Assembly (NCBI GenBank): GCA_030264375.1
Contig: JASCQW010000168.1
Coordinates: 12,309,246 to 12,373,245, forward strand
DNA from: Carcharhinus longimanus
Taxonomy: Eukaryota
Reading direction: 5' to 3'
Length of the DNA: 64,000 nt
Shown in pieces: positions 13,530-23,907 of the stretch. The translations under genes and the position numbers were made by a program. The first letter of the stretch is position 1; the number at the start of each line of letters is the position of its first letter. The notes under the pieces were generated by a model. It worked only from the letters and a program-made list of their open reading frames with translations. It searched no databases and was not told the origin of the DNA.

Positions 13530-13825
13530 CTAGCTGGCCAGCCAGCATTTATTGTCCATCTGTAGTTGCTGTGGCTCTAGAGTGGCATGTGGGACAGGCC
13601 AGGTAAGGATGGCAGATTTCCTCCCCTAAAGCACATTAGTGAGCCAGATGGTTTCTCCAACTGTGGTTTAATGGGCAACAGTAGATTCGTGATTCCAGAT
13701 TTTTTTTTATTGAATTCAAATTCCACCACCTGGCATAACAGGATTCACGCCCTGCACCCAGAACGTTAGCTGAGTTTCTGGATTAATAGTCGAGCCACAA
13801 TACCACCGGGTCATCACTTTCCCTA
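13530..13825 (-). mobile_element. CR1-group LINE 5' region fragment
   Basis: Similar to 62765-63020 ('cattagtga.ccagatgg', 'aattcaaattccacc', 'ctggat.a.tag'). Confidence 0.65.
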
Positions 13826-14089
13826 TGTTTATACTTAAAATGAAGCTTTAGTAGTAATGGCAACTTAGCCAATTGGGCTGAGCATTAGTTTAGTAGTGAT
13901 ATATTTTAACTTTATGACTAGCAGAGAATTTGTTATTAAATATGTGGAGAGAATGTTGTCTGTCCATAGCCTAAAGTATATGTAATATAAAATTTGTTAA
14001 TGACACCAAACTATGTAGCTAGCTGAATTTAACAAAGATTAATAATATTTGAAGAAATTTGAACCAAATAACTACATTAGAGTTAAATT

Positions 14090-14540
14090 GTGAGCCAGGT
14101 AAATTAATGTTGTGTACTTTGAAATGGATAACATGGAAATTGGATTATGAAGTAATGGAGTCAACCATTCACTAAAAGTATTCCTTAAATTGGTATAATT
14201 ATCAACAAGGCCAATTGTAGTGCAATTTATCACAAAGACATTTGACTAAATCCAAACAAGAAATTTCTACCCATAGATTGACCAGGAAGGTCACATTTGC
14301 AATGTTGTGGGCAGTGTTGGGTAATTTGCTATCACATGGAAGTAAATACATTAAATTTATTCCATGTGAAACTCTTAAATTAACTCTTGATTTAGCATCT
14401 TAAAAAAGAGTCGAATACTTATCTGATGGAACAGGTTGAGGTTTAGAAGAAAAATTACAGATGGGGACAAATGAATTCAGAGCGGGAAACAATGGCTCCT
14501 GAAAACTGGGAGTATGGAAATATGGCATCAGGAATGGTAA
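14090..14540 (+). mobile_element. Very old CR1 RT C-terminal relic
   Basis: 'aacaaggccaattgtagtgcaatttatcacaaag...aggtcacatttgcaatgttgtgggcagtgttggg' resembles KAN..LGFI...RPHLEYCVQFW. Confidence 0.45.
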
Positions 14541-14589
14541 TCTGTTAAGGACGGTAATGTGCATGATAAATTTAGATAGATGCTGATTT

Positions 14590-14973
14590 TTGTTTGACCA
14601 ATCTTCTGAAGCAGGGGCAGTGAGGGGAGGTAGTTGAGTCTGAGCTCGCCGGGAAGCTGCCTGCTGAGCAGTCTCCTTACTGGGAGATCTGTCACTGTCA
14701 CATACACTGCCCCTACAACGTGCCCCCCCCACCCCCCCGCCCCCCATGGACCCTGTTTGTGGGGACCATCTGGTAAGCATATCATAAATATTTAAATCAG
14801 CCTCAGCCTCACACCCTTCCTGGGCCCAAGGCTGATTTCGCTGGCAGAATGGGACTGGCAAGATGGGGAGATGCGAGAACTCCATCGCGAACCTGACTTT
14901 TTGCCCCTCACTCATAGTTCCCGCCATGTTACATTACTTTATTAGCACAGCGGGATGGGAAAAATCCCACCCC
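14590..14973. mobile_element. GC-rich non-autonomous DNA element (MITE-like)
   Basis: GC-rich island ending 'gggaaaaatcccaccc', a terminus shared with the other MITE-like copies (GGG.GGGATTTT / AAAATCC..CCC). Confidence 0.45.
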
Positions 14974-15533
14974 ATGAGTCTAAAAGCAATCAATGAATGC
15001 AAAAAGGTTGTAAAACTAACCCATTTACTTCATCAGATCAAATAGAAATAGTAAATGAGGGATAATTAATCTCAAAGCCAGTCTGAGGATAGCCCAGAGC
15101 AGGCTATTTCATTGGGGTGAGTGGAGCTTTGGAAGGTTCTCTGATTTCAGTTGATCTGGATACTTACTGAGAGAGTGACTTGCAGTTTAGATCTTGTATA
15201 GTTTGCAGGTCACTGAAAGAAGTTAGCCAAAGTCAATGGCAGTTAAATCTGCACTGTAAGCTGAGTAAAGTACCCAAGTGATCATTCAATGTTTTAAATG
15301 CAGGTGAAGTTTAATTTCAGTTGGAATTTCCTGAGGGAACAGAAGCCTACCGATTGTCGAGTTGTTTGAAATTAGTGGGAGAAGCTACAGTGGTTCTTGC
15401 AGATCAAGTCTTGTGCCACAGGAAGCAACAAGCCGATTAGCTTGGAAGTATTGGAAAAGTAACCTAAACGTGGCACTGAGGCAAACAGATAGTCAATCAA
15501 AAGATAGTAAATTAAAGTTTCACTTCAAAATAA

Positions 15534-15747
15534 TTTTTTTACTCCAGTCTTAAAGTTACAAAGTCATTGCTCACAGTGGACCAGGCAAACCCAAATCCAT
15601 TCCTTTCTTGCTCCAAAAACCAAATTTAAATCAAATTGAATCTAATTTAGGGTCTCAACAAGAGATACAAACAAAATCTAAGCTGACCAGATTAGGGATT
15701 GTATCCCATTTTAGGCTTGATCTGATGTTTGATCTTATCCAAAAGTC
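15534..15747 (-). mobile_element. U2 snRNA-derived short repeat, copy C
   Basis: Minus strand 'gacttttggataagatcaaacatcagatcaagcctaaaatggg...tttaaatttggtttttggagcaagaaaggaatggatttgggtttgcctggtccactgtgagcaatgactttgta...ggagtaaaaaaa' matches the U2 5' end, Sm site and stem-loop III region. Confidence 0.8.
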
Positions 15748-16679
15748 TTTAGCTTTGTGAATAGACAGGGCTGAGAATTCTCCAGGAGACTGTGCCATAC
15801 TTACGGGTGGTCTCTACAGAAGAACATAACTTTTAAGGTTGATGATATAAGAGAATAATTGAGTGATGTAAGAAGTAAATCTGAGTGCATAATGTAGGCA
15901 GTTATAAAGCAGATTGTGAAGTTCATAGTGCTTATTTAATTGATCCTTTTATATGGAATCAAGTTTCTTTTAAAAAAACATAAAATCTTGTTATGTAGTT
16001 CTGTTGGTTAAAACAAATTGTTTGGATTGCTCTTTAAATGTTAACATTCCCTAACTGGATCGTGACAATTGTCTGACATGATACTGAACCGTACCAACAA
16101 GTCAGAAGCACATACTCTGATCTATGCAGAGAGTATAAGGACAATGCCTGAGATAGTATAGTTTCACATTCCTGAAAGAAGGAAAGGAAAACAGTCAAGT
16201 TTCTCTCTCCTGTGTCATTATCCACAGATCTCTGCTGGAACATGCATATATGAAAGTTTCAAAAGGAAAGAAACAAGTTTGAATAGCCTCGCAATTCACT
16301 AGGCTTGTAAATGTAGTCGCTTCAGGAAAGTATATAAGGATCTCAGCCTGGCACAAGTAGTGCCTTCAGCATTTTTTTATTTTAAATACATAATGAAATC
16401 AGCTTTCAATACAATTTTAAAGAAATTCTTCAGTCATTATGAATTGCCTTCAATGTACGGGGTATGCTGCACAATATGTCTGTGTCGAAGGCAAGTTTCC
16501 ATTGTACCATTGTAGACCTGTCCATTTATCAATGAATAACTGGCACTTTAAAAGCTTAGAACAATTTTAGTGAATTTACAACTGTTTTTTGTCACTTCGC
16601 TCCCTTCACTCCTGAATACACTGACTACTCCCACAGATTAATCAAGCAACTGTCATGTTCACCAAATAATGCTTTACAC

Positions 16680-16828
16680 TCAATGTCCCAGACACACCCA
16701 TCACTATCGCTGGGTATGTGCAATTCCAAATACAAGGCAGACCCACCAAAGGTGGCAGCACAATGATATAGAGTCAGGAGGGAGTTTCTCTGGATGTTCT
16801 TGGTTCTGAATCCTATGAAATCTCACGA
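16680..16828 (+). mobile_element. CR1-group LINE AP-endonuclease fragment
   Basis: NVPDTPITIAGYV...GRPTKGGST; homologous to minus strand 62370-62500. Confidence 0.7.
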
Positions 16829-18018
16829 CGTTCATGACTCTGATGGGCAGATACAAGTTCCTCCACGTAGTATCTCTACTGGTAATGAGGTCTTTTCAAT
16901 AGTCTATGGAACAGCTCTTTGCAAAACAGCTTTGTGAAACCATCATTGATGACATCTTGGTCTGGGGTCATGCAATGCAAGAACATGCTGCACATTTGTG
17001 TTTGGTCCCTGATAGAGTCAGGGCAACAGAGTTGAAGCGCAACCCTACTAAATTCAGATTTGGGGTCAGCCAGGTGTCCTATGTGGGTCACCTGCTGACT
17101 GCTGATGGTGTGAAGCCAGATCTGGATAGGACAATGGTGAGACAACAAATGTCCACTCGTTCAGTGATTTTTCAGCATGGCAAATTATCTATCAAAGCTC
17201 ATTCCCATGATTTGAAATCATCACTGAAATGTTCAAACAGATCAGCAAGAACTGACTTGCAAGTGTATTTAAAGCTTAGCAATATTATGTAAAATAGCAG
17301 AACTGCAATTAACAATACTATCATGGTTATAAGGCCAGAATGAAAATAGATGTATTGTAGTACTCTAAAAGTGCCTTTTCTATCATAACATGTGATGTAA
17401 CTGGACTTGTCCACCAGCATATAAAACAGTGTTGTCAGGAGCACCACAGTACGTAATTCAGCAAACTCAAGGATCAGCCCCTCCAGTGTTACAATACTTC
17501 AAAATCCAAACACCTGTACTCTTATCAGCAGATGCCTAAGCATGGACTCAGAGCATTGTACATCCAGAATGTCAGACAAGTGATTTTTGCGTCAAGGGCT
17601 CTCACTGACACACAAACTCGCTATGTCCAGATCAGGAGGGAACTCCTTACCCTCATCTTTGCATGTCAGAAATTCCATGAGTCCATCTATAACTTCCCTG
17701 CCAATGTTGAAACTGATCACCAGCCATATGTCACCATTCTTAAATCCCTCCTCCCTCTCTATACTATTATTATTATTACCATGCCTACAGCAGATGATGC
17801 TCAAGTTCCCAAGCTACAGTTTCAGTGTGATCTACAAGTGCAGTAAGGAGCTGTATCTCACTAATGCCCTCTCCATCACTTTCTTACCCACCACTGAGCC
17901 TGCAGATCATGAGGGGAGCGTTGAGATTGTGACCATTCAAGTGCTATCATCCCTCAGAATTGAGGAATTCAAAGCTGCCCAGAAGCTGATCGTACTTGTA
18001 GGCATCTCCAAGATGTCT

Positions 18019-18150
18019 TGACCTGACGAAGGAGCAGCCAGTTCTGAAAGCCAGTGATGTTTGCTACAAATAAACCTGTTGGACTTTAACCTGTGTTGTG
18101 AGACTTCTTACTGTGTTTACCCCAGTCCAACACTGGCATCTCCACATCAT
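18019..18150 (+). mobile_element. Penelope-like element 3' terminal repeat with degenerate hammerhead motif, nested in Gypsy
   Basis: 'cctgacgaaggagcagccagttctgaaagccagtg...aaataaacctgttggactttaacctgtgttgtgagacttcttactgtg' is the same terminus as the GIY-YIG-bearing element at 59197-59742. Confidence 0.8.
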
Positions 18151-18697
18151 AAGACTGTGTTGCCAGAGGTTCATCATCCCCAGCTCTCTGCAGAAGTACT
18201 ACACCCAGCAACTCCTCCAAGGAATCCTGGGGATGGAAGCAACACAGTGTAGGGCAAAAGAAATGATGTTCTTCTTTAGAGAGAGAAGTGTCCAGACGCA
18301 TACCATGCAATGCGCTCGAGCCTCTTCAAACCAACTGAGCAGCTCAGGAGGTCCCAGACCTTCCACGGTCANNNNNNNNNNAATGTGAGGTAATACCTGG
18401 TCCTTGTTGATTCATTCTCAGGGTGGTATGAAGTTGATTTCTTGCCCTGACATGGAGAGCTCAGCAGTAATTGAAAAGCTGAAGAGACACCTTTGCACAT
18501 CGCATTCCACAAATGCTAATGATGGACAACGTCCGACAGTTTGTCTCCAGGGAGTTCAAGGACTTTGCACGCACCATGAAACTTTGAAAATACAACAAGC
18601 AGCCCCCTATATCCATAACTGAATGGTTTGGTGGAGTGTGCAGTATGCTCAGCAAAGCATCTCCTCGAAAATGTCTCAGTGGCAACACAGAATTCTT

Positions 18698-18780
18698 GAA
18701 GTTTATTTATTATTGTCACAAGTAGGCTTATATTAACTCTGCAATGAAGTTTCTGTGAAAATCCCCTTGTCGCCACACTA
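18698..18780 (-). mobile_element. SINE 3' tail fragment (variant tail) nested in Gypsy integrase
   Basis: 'gtttatttattattgtcacaagtaggcttatattaactctgcaatgaagtttctgtgaaaatcccc' is the same tail as 43690-43780. Confidence 0.75.
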
Positions 18781-21020
18781 CCTATTCTGTGTAATCTGCC
18801 AAGAGAAGGCCTGCCCTCGCCAACACAGAGAATGTTCTCTAGTTACATCAGGACCATGATCCCTGTTGCCAATGCCCTGTTGCAACCTGAAGTGGAAGCA
18901 AACTTCAGGGAAACCTTCCTGAACAGCGATAAAGAGGGGAAAAGTGCTATGACTATAATACCCACGAGCTTTGAACGCTGGAGCCAGGCCAGACAGTTAG
19001 AATGCAAATACACATGGTTATGACAAACTGGCAGTGGTCCATCACCATGCCTCCCCAGCCAAATAGTTAAGCAGTCACCTCAAATGGTGCCCTACATGTC
19101 AGGAACCAATGTCATCCATTACAGGTACCCAAACCAACTCTGCTAATTGAACAGAGGATGACACACTGCGTCCCCTGCACTGGAGGAGTTGGAGCCCCAT
19201 TACCAATGCAGCAAGCCGTACAGTCACTGTGCACATTCCAGGCACATCTGATGCCATCTACCATGTGGAAAATAACCTGGGTGCATCCCAAGCACAGCCA
19301 ACTGGTGTAATTACACACTAGGGCAGCTGAACAGACCAAACACCAATGCTATGTACTGATTTAGATGTACATATGTGCAGTTTTTCTGAAAAAAAGGGAG
19401 AGGGGGACATGTATGGGCTTTGCGCCAGGTTTTGTGGCCCAAGCTCATGTTTAGGGCAATTTAAATATTCAATGTTTTGTTACTGCATTCAACATTATTC
19501 TTTGCATATGAGTATGGATTGTCCCAACTAAATGGGGAAGATGTAGAATATGTATACATGTATGTATTGCCACGATCTGTACACAGGATGTGACATGAAA
19601 GAGTTCGCACCAGTATGGCTATAGGCATGGCATTCAAAAAGTACTGAAAATCTTACAGCAAACTGTTTAAGCTGTAGACATTTGTCATCATTCCTACACA
19701 ACCCAGTAACTTTACACATCTCACCTCCAAGAGCCATGTTAAACAATGTTTCTCTGAGCTTTTATATTTTAGAACAAACAAGCAGAAGTGTTTAAAGAAT
19801 AGAAGGAAATCATAGTTTATTAATGGCACTATTGATTGTACCCTTGGCTGCAGCCAAGCCCAAATGATTAGTCTTATATCTCTGGAGAGTTCAGGACAAT
19901 TCTGGACAGTTGGGAATCTACACATTAGCAGATTGGTTTCCTCCTCTTATGCACATTATTTGATTTTTCTACCCATTTCCTCGTATTTCATTGACTATAA
20001 ACACTTTGTGACACCATCAGATTGGGAAAGGTGCTGTCTGAATACATATCTGATTCTCCTTCAATTAAGTCACTAAAAAGAAAAACTTGTGCTATGTCCA
20101 ATGAACAGCTGATCCAGTTTGATGAAAGTTAAATCAATTCTTGTTGAGTGAATGCTGATCTTAAATTTTGGTATTCAGCTGTAGACAGGGAAGAGTTCAA
20201 ACTGATTGGCACATCAAAGCACACAGTGGGAACTTGACTCTGAATTGGAGATACGAAAGTTTGTGTAGAAAAAACTCTCCCAACTTGCTCGCAGTAAAAG
20301 CAAAATAGGTATTGCGTTTTGCACCATGACAACACGTGACCCCATTCAGCCTTGTCAGTAAACATAGGCCATTTAAGAAGTAAAGACCTTTACACATGGG
20401 CTTGGATGCCTAAAGGGAAGCTTATGTGTTCAAGGAGGATTGTTGAAATTATTATAGAATGTCACAAAATATAGTTAATTCAAATGATTAGAGTTGTCTG
20501 AAAGCCGATTCTATTACTTTTCAGAACGTATAATTGCCCAACATAATCCAGTGTGGCACAACCCTTTCATACTTAAGAAGAGATCAAAAAGAGATTTGTA
20601 AGCAAAATTCTATACTGCCAGCTCAGTGCTCCATTGAAACAGAGTTCAGGATAGCTGTGATTGGTTATGCAATAATTACATGTTGTGCAAATGTTAAACC
20701 TCAGCCTAATCCTCCATTTGATAAATACTATTACCTGACCTTTTGTTTTTGAACATAATGCTAATTGATTGTACATTTTGGCTGTGGGCACTCCTGATAA
20801 CTTCATAAGTAAATGCAGTTTGTGGTTTGGTGGTCAGTCTTCCAGGGTAGGTTTCTTTTAGCTTCAGCCCTTGGCTTGTGTTCTGTTGAATGATCTGAGC
20901 CAGTTTTCAGGTAGTCTAAGTTTTACTGCCCTTAGGCTTGGGGATAGTAAACTCAGCCAGACGTTCTGTCAAGGACAGGAGAAGGTGATGATTGTACTGG
21001 AATTTCAGGTAAGTAAACCT

Positions 21021-21340
21021 CATAGAATCTCTACAGTGCAGAAGGAGGCCATTCAGCCCATCGAATCTGCACTGACCACAATCCCATCCAGGCCCTATCC
21101 CCGTAACTCCATGCATTTACCCTAGATAATCCCCCTGATAATAAGAGACAATTCAGCATGGCCAATCCACCTAACTCGCACATCTTTGGACTGTGGGAGG
21201 AAACCGGAGCACCCAGAGGGAACCCACACAGACACGGCGAGAATGTGCCATCTCCACACAGTGACCCAAGCCAGGAATCGAACGTGGGCCCCTGGTGCTG
21301 TGGGGCAGCAGTGCTAATCATTGTGCCACCATGCTGCCCC
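21021..21340 (-). mobile_element. HE1-type tRNA-derived SINE with CR1/HER1 tail
   Basis: Minus strand has degenerate A/B boxes, the conserved core 'ttcctcccacagtccaaagatgtgc...ttggccatgctgaattg' and the tail 'gatgggctgaatggcctccttctgcactgtagagattctatg'. Confidence 0.9.
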
Positions 21341-22559
21341 CTCAATTTAGCAGAGGAAGCTGCTAAATTCTTATATTTGCTCCATTTAAGAAAGAGGAAA
21401 CGTTGTGCTTTTGCAGCAAGTATTACGGGAAGATGCTATATTGTGCACTTCGAATGTAATTTTGCAACAAATAAATAAATGTAACAAGTATTCAAACTGG
21501 GTGATCAGAAATGCATTTAACTTGATCTTTTGAAAGAGGTAATGCACGATTTTGGTGAAAATTAACTGATTAACAAATTCTACTTGAAGTGATGTGCTTT
21601 TTTAAACTAATTGATAAGCAACCTTGTCTTCATATTTTATAATTTGAGACAGTGAATGTGATTAGTTTGAGGGACATTTTTGCATTAAGCTGTGTTTCCA
21701 TGAAACTAAGAGGCAGATGTTGTGAATTATTAGTCAGTTTCTTTATGTATATATCATTTTTGGTTTTCAGAGCTGTATATACTGTCTGAATCTGCAACTC
21801 ATTTCTTTACAAACTGTCTTACCAAGACGAACCACTGTTGGGTCAGTGGGAGACAGGAATGATTGATGCATTCAAGGTGCCTTTGTAACCAAATAAGTCA
21901 ACTATAATGCTGAGTTGGTCTGCAAGACTGCCAATAAAGCCCAGTAAGAGACTCTCATCTTTCTTTGGATGTTGACATATGCAGCAAGTATGAATGAAGA
22001 TTGTGGTTTGGAGCCTGAATTGTAACAGCTGCAAAGGACAAATTACCCATGTTCAAACAAGTTTTGTACAAGTATTTTGCACTGTATTTGGTGATAGTAG
22101 GAGTGGAGAGAATAGTTTCAACTATTTCTTCAACATTGTTGATTCGAGCTGCACAGCATTTATGTATTTTGGCAAATGTGTCATGTTGGCTTGTGACAGG
22201 AATGAAGACAGCAGTGCAATGGAAAGTGTTGTAGTTTATAGCTATTTGTTTCCACAATAAGTATAGCACAGTGCTCTTAACCCAGGAATCTATGTCTCAC
22301 CATCATAGAATGGTGTCTCTTTGCCAGGGTGCTGAAGTTATTCAGTGTAAAATCATGGGGGGATGTTGTTGGCTGCTGTGAGTTCAGATCTTGTGTTGCC
22401 CACTCTGTCTCTTTGAGTAGCTTGCCTTCAGTGAGGCGAAGAAGGGTTATGGGAAAAAAGAAAGTAAAAATTTGTGTTTATGTGCCATCTGTCATAACCT
22501 CAGCTGAATCAATTTATAATCAATAAACCACTTTAAAAAACAAATAGTCACTCTTACAA

Positions 22560-22887
22560 GGAAGGAAAGCATGGCAGCTAATTTGTGCACAGCAAGGTTC
22601 CAAAAACCAGCAAAGTGATAATGATCATTCTGTATCAGTAATGTTGGGGTTGAGGAATTAAAATCAGGCATGACATGACGAGAACTCCGCTGCTATTCTT
22701 CAACATAGTGCAATGGAGCCTTTTATGTTCATTCGAGAGGGCAGATGGAGTCCTTATTCAACATGTCATCTGAAAGATAGTATACTGGCGTGCCAGCCAA
22801 AATTCTGTGTTGAAGTCTCTGGAATTAGACTTGAACCCACAACCTTCTGACTCAGGTGAGAGTATCATCACTGAGCCAAGGCTGGCA
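22560..22887 (-). mobile_element. Deu-domain SINE (SacSINE1/AmnSINE-related)
   Basis: tRNA-like head 'cagccttggctcagtg...gagtcagaaggttgtgggttcaagtc' plus a Deu-like core ending 'ccttgctgtgcacaaattagctgccatgctt'. Confidence 0.75.
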
Positions 22888-22894
22888 TTGAAGG

Positions 22895-23065
22895 TAAAAC
22901 ATTGTTGCCAATTGCACACAACAACATTCCATAAATGGCAGTAAGGTAAATAGGAAGACAATCTGTCCCACTGTTGTGGATTGACGAATAAATATTGACC
23001 AGGTTACTGGGAGAACTTCTCCTCTCTTCTTCATACAGTAGGTCTCCTAAGAGAGCAGACAAGGC
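22895..23065 (-). mobile_element. Second Deu-domain SINE fragment
   Basis: Minus strand 'gaagaagagaggagaagttctcccagtaacctggtcaatatttattcgtcaatc...gttgtgtgcaattggc'. Confidence 0.6.
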
Positions 23066-23684
23066 TTCCTTGGAATTTTGGGGCAGCCATTCTTTGATTC
23101 ATAATGCACAAAGAATAAAAATGTCAGAAAGGTGAGTTTCAATGCTCCCAAATGTTAGGCTTTGGACCTCATTGTCGTAGAGCTGGTGAGGTACAAGAGG
23201 CCACAGGCAAAGGAAAAATTGGACTATTTCTACACCTTCTAGCTTACCACTGGGGTAAGTTACTTATTTCCTTTGTTAGTCATGATGCAGACTGCACTGA
23301 GGGNNNNNNNNNNNNNNNNNNNNNNNNNNNNNNNNNNNNNNNNNNNNNNNNNNNNNNNNNNNNNNNNNNNNNNNNNNNNNNNNNNNNNNNNNNNNNNNNN
23401 NNNNNNNNNNNNNNNNNNNNNNNNNNNNNNNNNNNNNNNNNNNNNNNNNNNNNNNNNNNNNNNNNNNNNNNNNNNNNNNNNNNNNNNNNNNNNNNNNNNN
23501 NNNNNNNNNNNNNNNNNNNNNNNNNNNNNNNNNNNNNNNNNNNNNNNNNNNNNNNNNNNNNNNNNNNNNGTTTTGCCATTAACTCAGCTTTAATTGTCAT
23601 TCAGTTGATCATCGAACAAGATCCGATTGACTCACTCCTATTAATTTTATCCTTGGTTGTGGATGAAAGTTTTTCAGATATGAT

Positions 23685-23907
23685 GGGTGGGACTTTCCAG
23701 CCTTTATCACTGGCAGGATCCTCCCTCTGGTCTTGCCAAAGTTGGCCCGGCTTTAGGGGATCCCCGGTGACAGGGCAGGTAAACCATGCAAATTACCTCC
23801 CATTTTGGCAGGATTGGATGATCCTGCTGGTGACCAATGGCAAACCCTCTTTGCTGCGGGAACCCTGCCTTGGGGTGGGGGCAGGTGGGGATTGGAAATT
23901 TCCAGCC
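23685..23907. mobile_element. MITE-like element with imperfect terminal inverted repeats
   Basis: Begins 'gggtgggactttccag' and ends 'ttggaaatttccagcc'; internal inverted pair 'ggcaggatc / gatcctgct'. Confidence 0.55.

Larger units (their letters stand above)
16832..19407 (+). mobile_element. Decayed Gypsy/Ty3 LTR retrotransposon pol (RT-RNase H-integrase) with polypurine tract
   Basis: RT 'GRYKFL', 'MEQLF..CETIIDDILVWG', 'VSYVGHLLTADGVKPD'; RNase H 'FASRALTDTQTRYVQIRRELL...VETDHQP'; integrase 'QGILGMEATQCRAKE' and 'EFKDFA'. Purine tract at 19388-19407 followed by TG. The RT-RH-IN order indicates Gypsy. Confidence 0.9.

Noticed and set aside
14400-14927. 175 aa ORF as a gene
   Set aside because: It lies across a GC-rich MITE-like repeat and a CR1 relic, and has no domain signature.
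19410-19595. Defined 3' LTR of the Gypsy element
   Set aside because: TG follows the polypurine tract, but there is no matching 5' LTR in the window to fix the boundary.
21771-21890. Possible exon after the acceptor-like 'tttggttttcag'
   Set aside because: All three frames hit stops before a convincing donor, and no peptide is recognisable.
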